Shown here: one piece after another, positions 1 to 11,700 of the stretch
How positions within the stretch are numbered: the stretch's first letter is position 1
Layout: each line of letters starts with the position of its first letter
Assembly (NCBI RefSeq): GCF_004010195.1
Contig: NC_057719.1
Coordinates: 51,528,920 to 51,592,919 of the forward strand
DNA: 64,000 nt
Source: Chiloscyllium plagiosum
Lineage: Eukaryota
Direction: 5' to 3'
Program-made: the position numbers and the translations under genes
The notes under the pieces: generated by a model
Seen by the model: only the letters and a program-made list of their open reading frames with translations
The model's database searches: none
Told to the model about the DNA's origin: nothing

Positions 1-625
1 CCTTGAAAATTTGCTGTGTTCATGTTTCGACAGGCAGACATACCAAGAGTTTTGTTGTCTAAGTAAAAGTGATTATTCCCAGCCTGAACTTCTAAGGGTT
101 GGAAGAGGGCAGGTGGAGTGGAGGTGGAGGGCTTGGCCAACTCTGTTCTGCTGAGACACCTGCATGCCCCTTGGCCAGTTGGGTGCCTCTGGGCACCACC
201 CTGGGTCAAGTATCCTAGTCCTCCTCTCACTCTGGCTTCAGTCTTGAGGACCAATGCCTGGTGTGATGGCATGCATTTCTGCATGACTCTCCAACATCCC
301 GTGACAGAGCCTGGCCCATATGCCTGCAAACATTTCCTATTCTGGGACTGACTCATGGTAAGATGGGGAGAAAATCAGATATAATACTCACCAGTGCGGC
401 AATCATAACAATCCAAGCAGTGAGTCTGGTAGCATTCAGAGAGAAATTTCGCTCTATTTCATGGTGTAAAACACTCCACCAAATTTGACTTACCCTGCAT
501 TTAGCCGAGCAAAAGTATAAAAGCTAGCTTCTTGCTTTTTTCCAAATATACAGCTATAATCTCTTTCATGATCAATTCCAATACTTTCTCGAGGGCAGAC
601 ACCATAACAACTGGTCTGCAGTATC

Positions 626-929
626 CAGAGTCAGAGTCAGAGATAGAGATGTACAGCATGGACATTAGAGAGAGAACCCTTCAGTCCAACCTGTCTATGC
701 CGACCAGATATACCAACCTAATCTAGTCCCACCTGCCAGCACCTAGACCATATCCCTCCAACGCCTTCCTATTCATATACCCATCCAAATGCCTTTTAAA
801 TGATGCAATTATACCAGCCTCCACCACTCCCTCTGGTAGCTCATTCCATACACGTACCACCCTCTGTGTGAAAAAGTTGCTCCTTAGGTCTCTTTTATAT
901 CTTTCCTCTCTCACCCTAAACCTATGCCC
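626..929 (-). mobile_element. CR1 LINE 3' end fragment
   Basis: ORF 723..914 encodes the CR1 ORF2 C-terminus (FFTQRVVRVWNELP..FKRHLD). It is followed by the CR1 3'UTR and a TCTGAC/TCTAT tail repeat, near-identical to 12700-12986. Confidence 0.9.
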
Positions 930-934
930 TTTTA

Positions 935-1340
935 TGAATCCCTCCCTTCTTGAATAGGGGTCTTGAAATTAATAGCAATGCATCTTCTAGCTCATTAATT
1001 ACCTCTTTTAAGGCGTTTGGATGAAATCCATCTTGTCAGCTTGCAGCTCCATCAGTTTACTTAGTACCACTTCTTTTGCAATTATAGTTTCGCTACTTTC
1101 CTCTCTCCCTCACTTCCTGATTACTAGAATGTCTTTTGTATCCTTTATAGTAACAACAGAAGCAAAATATTTGTTCTTTCATTCACTGATTCCATACTAT
1201 CTACTATTAACCCCCACCCCATTCACACTCTCTGAAGGATCAACACTGACTTTACTTTTCTTTACCTTTGAACTACCTTAAAAAAACCTATCCATTGCTG
1301 TCCACTTTTACATTCCTTGTTAGCCTCTTCTCAAACTCTA
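935..1340 (-). mobile_element. Old, degenerate CR1 ORF2 fragment
   Basis: Minus strand reads GATGGATTTCATCC (DGFHP motif), with an AAATATTTTGCTTCTGTT (KYFASV) motif upstream. Many stops. Confidence 0.55.
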
Positions 1341-1550
1341 GTTATTTTATCAAAATCAAATGTTGTTACTGGCAACGTATCAATATATGAAAAAGGAAAT
1401 ATGTCTTCCCTGTTGGGTTCTCTCTCTAATGGGTACAACAATCCAGACACTGCATCAGCATCATAATAATCTTCTGATTATCTGCAATAAAAGTCGTATT
1501 TATAACAGACACAACCAACGTCCATGTCTGCACTTGGGCTGCAATTAAAG

Positions 1551-1813
1551 TGATACTCCCATGTTTTGGATAATGGTGAGGATCCTTTGTGGCAGTGAGT
1601 GAAATTGTACTCTGATAGAACCCTTGTCTTTGATTTTTGGTTTAAGAAGATTTTATAAATACTTGCATGATCTTAGTTTCACAGTTGAAACTAATCATGA
1701 GACACAAGGCATTTTTGAATCTAAAATCCTTAGTATCTTTAGTACTTATTTAGAGCACAATTTCACTCATTGCCACTAAGGGTCCTCACCATTATCCAAC
1801 ACATGGGAGATCA
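1551..1813. mobile_element. MITE-like fold-back element with ~62 bp terminal inverted repeats
   Basis: 1551-1613 is the reverse complement of 1752-1813 with few mismatches. There is an inner palindrome catgatcttagtttca..tgaaactaatcatg and no ORF. Confidence 0.75.
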
Positions 1814-3859
1814 TGGCATCTACTCCACATGGAGAGGCATCATATACTGGCTTGATCTTTTTGGACACATCATTATGTACAAGGATTATATAGAATTTCA
1901 ATTTACTTTGCTTGAATGCTTTGCCACAACGTTGTCCAAAATCACAGAATACCTTTCCTCAAAAACCTGTTCAATGATGTCGTAAGGTTGCCAAATTTGG
2001 TGTGAATTTTCTATAAGAATTTGTGTGACACACTGAAAAAAACTGAGCATTCTGAGGGTTTGATGGATCTCTTATTGCTTAAACTTTACACTGAGTAGGA
2101 AGTCATCCATTGTTTTATTACTATACCAACCCATTGTTAACTCTGACTTCTCTTGAATCATGTTCCACCTTATCCATGGCCAGTGCTATTTGGCAAGTTA
2201 CATAAAAAGCTAATTTTGGAAATGTCAGCAATTTATGGCAAATGCATTCATTTATTTCAACTGTGCTCAAATCTGACCTGTTAAGCTCTGTCTTGAAATT
2301 TTCGAAAATTACAATGGCAGGAGAGCTTTTCAAAGTCATGATAAAATCTCCAGTAACTTCACTAATCAACTAATTACTTGGTTAAGCTGATAACTTTCTG
2401 TAAACTTTAATGGCTTGGGATTTTGGTTCTGGGCTCTACAGCTAAACTTATTTGCAACTTTACCTCTTAGTGAACTGGCTCTGGTACTGTTTCTCACCAC
2501 ACATGCTGATGCTGGTTCTATACACTGGAACCTGGATATTACATGGCTCTTTGGATCTGTATTTCAAAACCAGAATATAAATAAGACTACATTGTAATAT
2601 TATATCATTGTGTTTATCCTAAGTGAGATTTTGAAGAGAAAAACTGTTACTTTGTGCTTTCATGAATGTATGGGAACCCCAAACTCTTGATTCAGCAGGT
2701 TTATAATTTCTGTTTCTCTGCCCAGTTAATGTATTCCTTCTCCAACAAAAATAAGAATCTCCATAGATATGAGAGAATTGCACAGATTGTTATCATCTGC
2801 GCTGCTTTTCACCCTCGTAAACATTTTAACTCAAGTCTTTATAGTTAAAGTTGGGGGTTGGGTAGCCATCTGGTAAAGATCAAAAAGCAGACAGAATTTT
2901 CTAAAAGGACAAACTTCTGGTTTTGATGTGATTTTTAAACCCAGCGCAGCTGTCAGTATTTGTGATAATTCCTAAACACAAACACTTCAGTAACCCGGAA
3001 AGAAGCATCTCATGCTGAACAAGGAGACCAAAATTGTTAAATATATTTCAAAACATTAACTCTACCTACAAAAAAATGAACAGAGATTAAGCATTGTTAA
3101 AAACTTCATGTCACCTTTTAGCAATGTATATCTAAATAAATGATATGTGACAATTGCAGAGATAAATTTACATAAAAATCTGGGGTTCTAAGGTAAAGAT
3201 CTGCACTATCACAGACCATACCACAGTAAGCCCTCATTGTACTACCCATAATGCATGCTCGGTGTTAATATCTGAACGAGTGGCTTAAATTGACTGATCA
3301 AGTATTGGTTCTTCTTCACCAACTATCTGGACTTTTTATTGTCTTTCATGGTGCACTGCTTGGTTCTTGGGTATCTGAGAGCAAAAGTGCAAAAGGGTTT
3401 GGAATGAAGATAGAGAGTTGAAGTGGGAAAACAGGAAGGCCATGGAAGCTCCATTAGGAAAGTGACATAAAGCAGGAACATATCATTATTTTAAAAGTAA
3501 TTTGTGATGCCAGACACAACAGTCTCAGTCTCTGAAGGTTTTATAACATGAAGAATTCTCCCATCACAAGGGATTCAGGGAATACAGGCATGACTGGCCT
3601 TTGCACATTCTGTCCTGCTCCAAACTGTTATGGACCACCTTGCCAGAAGGGACAGGGAAGGATGTCAGTAATTGTTTTACAATATGTTTGGGTGATGTGG
3701 TAACATTGGAACTGGATGTGTAACTAACGTTATTGAAAAGTATATGAAGATGAAGTAGAGTATTTGGATTATGAGGTAGTGATGAGGATGGGATATATTA
3801 AATAGCCTGATATTGGAGATTTTGGAGATTGGAAATTTTGATATGAAATATTATGTAAA

Positions 3860-4110
3860 GATGACCTTCACCACACGTGTAATGTTATCATATTTCTTGT
3901 AGCTCTCCCTCTTAATCCTTGGGGCTAGACTTCAGGAACTGACCTCCCTGGTCATGTGTTCCTAATCCTGTTTGAGGGTGCTTGCTCTGGGCATTTTGAT
4001 CCTACTACCACAACATATTATTCCTCTTCCTGTCCAGCTTCACCACCAAGGCCTTCAGCACCTCATCAGTGAACCTGGGAGCCACTCTTTCTTTAGGTCT
4101 CTGTTTATAC
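3860..4110 (-). mobile_element. PIF/Harbinger Myb/SANT-like gene relic
   Basis: Minus translation ERVAPRFTDEVLKALV..LDRKRNNML and later KKYDNITRVVK matches the Myb/SANT-like pattern of Harbinger accessory proteins. Frameshifted. Confidence 0.55.
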
Positions 4111-4289
4111 ACTCTGTTCCCATATTCAGCTAGTGTCAATAAAGGTAACCAGCAACAATTCTCTTCCACTGAGCTCCACAGCATACCAATGAGGAGGTGA
4201 ACAATAGCACAGCACTGATGAACACACCCTGTCACTTGAACTGACACCAGCTGAGATACTGATTGAAAATCATAATGCTACAGATGTAG

Positions 4290-4980
4290 GGAATCTACAA
4301 TAAAAACAGAAGTGTAGGAAAAATTTACAAGATCAAGCCACATCTCTAGGGAGTGAAGCAGGATTAATTTTTCAGGTTGTCGACCTTTCATCAGAACTGG
4401 GAAAAGTTAGAATTTTAATAGGTTTTGAGTAAGGGGTGGATGAAGGACTAAAGGAAGGTGTGAAAACAGAGAAGAGATTGGATGCTGGAAAAGTTATTCC
4501 TCCAGGGCCAAAGAGAATGGTGATGGTGAAAGAAAATAAATAAAAGAACAGAAATGTTTACAGGAAGTGTGCTGCCAATCAAAACAAAGACAAGAGAAAA
4601 AACAAAGAAAATAAAGGAAATGAAGCAAAATAGAGGCTTAGATTGGAAGTTTTATAATATAATCTTAATGTTGAATAAAAACCGAAAGAACTGCAGATGC
4701 TGTAAATCAGAAACAAAAACAAAAGCTGCTGGAAAAGCTCAGCAGGTCTGGCAGCATTTGTGCAGAGAAATCAAAGTTCATCTTTTGGATCCAGTGATCC
4801 TTCTTCAGAATTCAACTTGATGTTGAGCCTGGAAGGCTGCAAAGTGACCAATTGAAACTTGAAATGGTGGTCCTCAAATAGTGCAGTGCTCTGAGGACAG
4901 AGATACCAGTGTGAAAGTGAGATGCAAAACAAAATGACAGGCAAAAACCCCAGAAGCTCAGGTTATGCATGCCGTCAGCA
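4290..4980 (-). mobile_element. Penelope-like element 3' relic with a nested Penelope-derived tail (about 4675-4813)
   Basis: 4818-4880 matches the GIY-YIG C-terminal LGTLQPSRLNI motif. Hammerhead-like CTGATGA..GAAA at 4363-4398. The nested insert is flanked by the imperfect duplication cttaatgttga/cttgatgttga. Confidence 0.6.
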
Positions 4981-6124
4981 ACATTACTTGTATTAGTTTG
5001 TTTTTCAATGAATATTTCCCTTTCTAACATGTCTTAAAGAAATGAGGAAAATGGAAACTGGAAAATTCTCAATACCCTCGCATTGACTTATGTGTTCAAC
5101 CAAAGAAGACCAGATTTCACATTTGTAATTAGTGATTATGGATTCTCCTACTTTCTAAGGAAACAGGACTAAGATATGAGAATTCTTGACTGTGTATCTT
5201 ATTGGATAGTTCTTCAGACTGATAAAGGGAGGCAGACTGCTTGACCTAGCTTCATCATGCCACCCTTCATTCTGCACTTGTACTGTATCCATAGACATGG
5301 ACTTCCTTGAACCTCAATCTCCTAATTCCCCCATGTCTTTCTGATTCTCCCCTCATCTGAGACTCTTTGCAGCATCCAACAATCTGCACCTGCCTCTGAC
5401 ACCAACTCTCATCAATGCCTGCAATCTCTTACACCCATCTCAACACCTCTGGTCACTGCCCCACCCTCCAATCTTCCCCACCAATGCATCAGATCTTGCA
5501 GCACACCCCTTTCACCAACCAATGCACCAACTGTTCCTATCTTCCCTTCAGCTTCCAAACCCTCTCCCCATCCGAGTGACTCTGCTCTCCCTTTTTGCGT
5601 TTATCATCTCATTCCCACTCCAGCAGTTCTGATCAACTCTCAACCCCAACTTACCAGTAAACCTAATCTATCCCAACCTCCCTAGAACCTCTAACCTTTG
5701 CCCTACCCTCCTTCAAACCACCAACTCTACAATCTATTCCCCCCAGCCCTGGCATACATAATCTTATCTCCAGCCTTTGATCTTTCCTCTGGCTTCCAAT
5801 TTCCTAGCCCTAACTCTGACCTTTGTGATCTTGCCCTGCTTCCTCTCTACCAGCTGCATTCTGGTAAGTGCCTTTCAATTTTTCAATATGTGACTGGAAA
5901 ACAAAGAAAAATATTAGTCATGTTGCTGTTAAATTTGGCAGAACCTGAGTGAAATTTACCTGCATCTACTCCCTCCCCATTTCTGAGCTAGCATTGGGAC
6001 TATAGTTGTTAGTTCTCTTGGCAGAGGTGCCAACTGACTAGCTGAGTATTTTCAGCTTATTGATTTCAAATTTCTTTATATTTATATGGAAGTTGGGTAT
6101 TTTCTGGTGCAGGCACAATGGATT

Positions 6125-6155
<31 letters not shown>
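6125..6155. repeat. (AC)n microsatellite
   Basis: Interrupted AC run, seen directly. Confidence 0.95.
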
Positions 6156-8799
6156 ATGAAATAAAACATTCTTAACTAAATATATCCAGCACAGATGTGG
6201 ATTATTTTTAACTTTCCCTGAAATAGTGTGGATTTAGAAGGATTACAATTGACATTGCATACATGTTGTTCCTTGCAATTTGGCAATGACACAGGAAGAT
6301 CATGAGGCAGTGAAAAATTATCCAATGATAGGCTCATCCAGGAAATATCAATAACGCTCAGAAGCCTGACATCAACAGAATACATGGATTGTCTAATTCA
6401 TAAAAGTACTTCCAGCAAATTAGCCTTGAGGATAGTTCCATTCACTCAGCAACAGCTGCAATCTATCCACAAAAGATTTAGGTGATGTCATAAACTGCAA
6501 AAGTAGAAATAATTAATATTTAGTGAAATTAAATATTAGGTTACTGCCCTTTTTAATGTCTTCATAATGTTTCTTATTGCTTCTAATTGAAAAATAAAGA
6601 TAACTTTCACTTCTTAATATTGTGAGGAGAGTTTGACTCAGAGTTTAACTTACATAGCAATGCTGTGTAAACTTGCATTCATTGGTGGATGCTCAGCTCT
6701 TATGTCTCGGCTGAAGTAAAACAAGGAAATGATTTGTGCTGGACAAGAAGAAGGTCTGTATATATTATTTTGTTTCTGGGTACGCAGAGTGAAATGAATT
6801 TGACCAGCAGGGAATATGCACTTGAAAAAAATTAATTGTGGAATACTAGAAGGCTGCCAATAAAAATTCTCTTACATCGGCATCCAAGTTCAGCATAGCT
6901 TATCAAATGAAATATTTTTCACTGGACTTGGTTATGTAGTCAGTTTAGCTATAACCTTGTATTTTGATGCTGTGGCAAAGCACAAGCAGAAACTCAAATT
7001 TGTACAAACTGAATAGCTTCAGATGTGGGGGATGAAGGAGGGAAAATATCAGCTACTCAGTTTTTCTTACAGTGAAGATTCTCTTTGAAAAGTAACTTAA
7101 TTTGTGTGTGAGTCTATAATTAGCAAATAAATTCAATGTTTAAAACTACTGAAGACAAAGAAAATGCCTTTCCAAAGCTGTTATTGCATGATGCTACCAA
7201 TACTGGTAGCTTCTAATGTCTTATTAAAGTAGCCTTCTTCACCACAAGCCTGCACAGTGGGTATTAGCAGGTAAGCCATGATAGCCCAGCTAATACACAT
7301 ACACAGTCATTGATCATTAAACATTTGTGATGGCTTAATAGTGTCAAGCTTTTAGGCTGAATTTTTTTTCTACAGTCAGCCACTTGCAGTACTGTTGTTG
7401 ACATCAGTAAACTCAACGTAGACCAGAAAGCAGGTTGTGACGGTTTGCATAGCTGTGTTCTATGCGAAGTTATGCTTAACTCATTAGCTAGGCCTTCAGG
7501 GTGCTCTTCCTTTGCCATTAGTAAGAGAGGTGCAATGTCTTAAACTCTGGTGTTTTTAGAATTCTGTTTTTCAATGAAAGGTGTTAGGCCAATTGGAGAT
7601 TTTTGAATAAGGATAAATTTTTGGAATGACAAACCCTAAACAAAGAGCATTGCAAATCTCACTACTCCCAATCTTTATTAAATTGCCAGAAAATAGGGAC
7701 AGCCATTGCATCCTTTGATCCCTGTGTTCAATTCTCTCCTCCACAATCCCACCAAGAACAGCTCTGCACTATAAAATTTGCTTTGCTGAATTTAATCCAT
7801 ATAGGTGAAATTAGGCATTGTGAGTGGGAATTATTTTGGGAGCTACAAGGGCCCTGAGGATTCAAACCTGGTGAAAACGCTAGGCATCCCAGACAGCAAA
7901 TGGATGAAGGAGTTAGGGTATGGACAATTAGAAGCACATAGATTTATTATGGTCACAATTAATGATGCCATTTTGGAGCTCCAGGCACCACTCAATACCT
8001 CTCTTAACATAACACCTTTCAATACAGTAGCTGGTGGAAGGCTGCTAAGTTTCAGTGGAGGAGACTTGACATGGTCTTGGGAAGAACCTCAACACTTCTG
8101 AGTCTTGAAGGCCTGTTTTCAGACTGCATTAACTCAGCACGGGTGATAGCATTCTGAGCTGGCTGGCTGATAGACAGTAGCAAGGGCACTGCTGCGAGTA
8201 TGAATGTTGTGATCCTGAGATATGCAGGCTGTGCAGAGCTGCTGCTACTGCACCAGACAGTAACTCAGTGATCTAGCCATCTGTAGAAATTTAGATTGTG
8301 AGACTGCTGTGATGCAAAGTCATGTGCCAGTAGTCCAATCTTGCACTGTATGATGCAGAAATTGAGTGGTTGTTGTTTCTGTTGAAATGGAAGTGAAGGT
8401 AACAGTCACTAAACACTGCATTACCACAAATATGGTACCACCATCATGTTGATAGAATTAGTCACCATGTTAGAAAAGAGGAATTCCAAGCTCTGTGAAA
8501 AGAATGCATTAGCCAGGTTCCTCCAAATTGCTTGACATTGATTGCAGACTTCATGGGAGACCTGTCAATGCTCCAAACATTTCAGTCTGTACAACAATCG
8601 GGAATTTTTTAAGCTTAGTCTACTGAAATTATCATCTAAATCCTTTATAGTAGAACTGATCATCAGCTTCATCCTCCACCAAGCTTGCACCTGCAATATC
8701 ATTGCTATCTGTCTGCTTAGTACTTGTTTTGGTGTCTCCATGCAGATCTTGCCTCCATGTTATTCTCAACATTATCTTTTAGATTATGTAGAGTCTCAG

Positions 8800-11700
8800 T
8801 AACTGAGAACGAGAGACACTTGCAGTATGTGTGTTGCCTCCCAGGTGCCAGGGTCCGTGATGTCTCGGATCATGTTTTCAGGATCCTTAAGGGGAAGGGG
8901 GAGCAGCCCCAAGTAATGGTCCACATAGGCATCAACGACATAGGTAGGGAAAGGGATGGGGGTGTAAGGCAGAAATTCAAGGAGCTGGGGTGGAAGCTCA
9001 GATCTAGAACAAGCAGAGTTGTTATCTCTGGTTTGTTACCCGTGCCACATACTAGTGAGGTGCGGAATAGGGAGAGAGAGCAGTTGAACATGTGGCTACA
9101 GGGATGGTGCAGGAGGGAGGGATTCAGATACTTGGATAATTAGGCCTCATTCTGAGGTAGGTGGGACCTCTACAAGCAGAATGGTCTATACCTGAACCAG
9201 AGGTGTACCAATATCCTGGGGGGGGGGGAGATTTGCTAATGCTCTTCAGGAGGATTTAAACTAATTCATCAGGTATATGGGAACCTGAATTGTAGCTCCA
9301 GTGTACAGGAGGTTGAGAGTACTGAGGTCATGAATAAGGTTTCAAGGTCGCAGGAGTGTACAGGTAGGCAGGGAGGTGGTTTGAAGTGTGTCGACTTCAA
9401 TACCAGGAGCATCTGGAATAAGGTGGGTGGACTTACAACATGGGTTGGTACCTGGGACTTCAACGTTGTGGCCATTCCAGAGACATGGATAGAGCAGGGA
9501 TAGGAATGGTTGTTGCAGGTTCTGGGGTTTAGATCTTTCAGTAAGAACAGGAAAAGTGGTAAAAGAGGGGGAGGTGTGGCCTTGTTAGTCAAGGACAATA
9601 AAGTAGTAGAAAAGACATTTGATGAGGACGAGTCTACTGAGGTAATATGGGCTGAGGTTAGAACCAGGAAAGAAGAGGTAACCCTGTTGGGAGTTTTCTA
9701 TAGGTTTACAAATAGTTCCACAGATGCAGAGGAAAGGATTGCAAGAAGATTCTGGATAGGAGCGAAAGTAACAGGGTAGGTGTTATGGGAGACTTTAACT
9801 TTCCAAATATTGACTGGAAATGTTACAGTTTGAGTACCTTAGATGGGTCAGTTTTTGTTCAATGTGTGCAGGAGGGTTTCCTGACACAGTATGTCAAAAG
9901 GCCAACAAGAGGCGAGGCACTGGGTACTGGGTAACGAACGGAGCCAGGTGTTAGATTTGGAGATAGGTGAGCACTTTGGTGATAGTGACCACAATTTGAT
10001 TACGTTTTCTTTAGTGATGGAAAGGGATAGGTATATACCGCAGGGCAAGAGTTATAGCTGGGGGAACGGCAATTATGATGTGATTTGGCAAGATTTAGGA
10101 TGAAACTGCAGGGGATGGGCACAATTGAATTGTGGAGCTTGTTCAAGGAACAGCTACTGTATGTCTTGGTTAGTGTGTACCTATCAGGCAGGGAGGAAGT
10201 GGTCGAGTGAGGGAACCGTGATTTACTAAAGAAGTTGAATCAAGAGGAAGAAGGAGGCTTATATAAAGATGAGATGTGATCACTCAGTTAGGGCACTGGA
10301 GAGTTACAAGTTAGCCAGGCAGGACCTAAAGAGAGAGCTAAGAAGAGCCAAGAGGGGACATGAGAAGTCTTTGGCAGGTAGGATCACGAATATGCTAAAG
10401 CTTTCTATAGGTATGTCAGGCAAAAAAGAATGACTAGAGTAAGATTAGGGCAAGTCAAGGACAGTAGTGGGAAGTTGTGTGTGGAGTCCGAAGAGATAGG
10501 AGAGATGCTAAATGAATATTTTTCGTCAGTATTCACACAGGAAAAAGACAATGTTGTCGAGGAGAATACTGAAATACAGGCTATTAGATTACACAGGATT
10601 GAGGTTCATAAGGAGGAGGTGTTAGCAGTTCTGGAAAGTGTGAAAATAGATAAATACCATGGGCCAGATGGAATTTATCCGAGGATTCTCTGGGAAGCCA
10701 GTGAGGACATTGTAGAGCCTTTGGCTTTAATCTTTATGTCATTATTGTCTACAAAAATACTGCCAGATGATTGAAGGATAGCAAATGCTGTCCCCTTGTT
10801 CGAGAAGGGGAGTAGAGACAACCCTGCCAATTATAGATCAGAGAGCCTTACTTCTGTTGTGGGCAAAGTTTTGGAAAGAAGGAAAATGGGATGCCTTCAG
10901 AAATGAGATAACGAGAATCCAGAGAAAGTATATTCCTGCTTGAGTGACAGGAAAAGCTGGTAGGTATAGGGAATGCTGAATGACTAAACAAATTGAGGGT
11001 TTGGTTAAGAAAAAGAAGGAAGCATATGTAAGATATAGACAGGATAGATCGAGTGAATCCTTAGAGGAGTATAAAGGCAGTAAGAGTATACTTAAGAGGG
11101 AAATCAGGAGGGCAAAAAGGGGATATGAGATAGCTTTGGCAAATAGTGTTAAGGGTTTTTACAAACACGTTAAGGACAAAAGGGTAACTAGGGAGAGAAT
11201 AGGGCCCCTCAAAGATCAGCAAGGTGCCCTTTGTGTGGAGCCACAGAAAATGGGGGAGATACTAAATAAGTATTTTGCATCAGTATTTACTGAGGAAAAG
11301 GATATGGAAGATATAGACTGCAGGGAAATAGATGGTGACATCTTGCAAAAATGTCCAGATTACAGAGGAGGAAGTGCTGGATGTCTTGAAATGCATAAAG
11401 GTGGATAAATCCCCAGGACCTGATCAGGTGTATCTAAGAACTCTGTGGGAAGCTAGAGAAGTGATTGCTGGGCCTCTTGCTGAGATATTTATATCACCAA
11501 TAGTAACAGGTGAGATGCTGGAAGACTGGAGGTTGGCAAACGTGGGGCCACTGTTTAAGAAGGGTGGTAAGGACAAGCCAGGGAACTATAGACCAGTGAA
11601 TCTGACATCAGTGGTGGGCAAGTTGTTGGAGGGAATCCTGAGGGACAGGATGTACATATATTTGGAAAGGCAAGGACTGATTAGGGATAGTCAACATGGC

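Noticed and set aside
1330..1475. Open minus frame EDYYDADAVSGLLYPLEREPNREDIFPFSYIDTLP
   Set aside because: Weak splice sites, phase incompatible with the neighbouring candidate exon, and no recognisable homology.
5230..5870. C/T-rich stretch with ORF 5698..5952
   Set aside because: Low-complexity sequence, probably repeat-derived; cannot be assigned.
7880..8790. Possible further Harbinger relic (also 60-520)
   Set aside because: Only compositional resemblance to 24730-25130; no readable motif.
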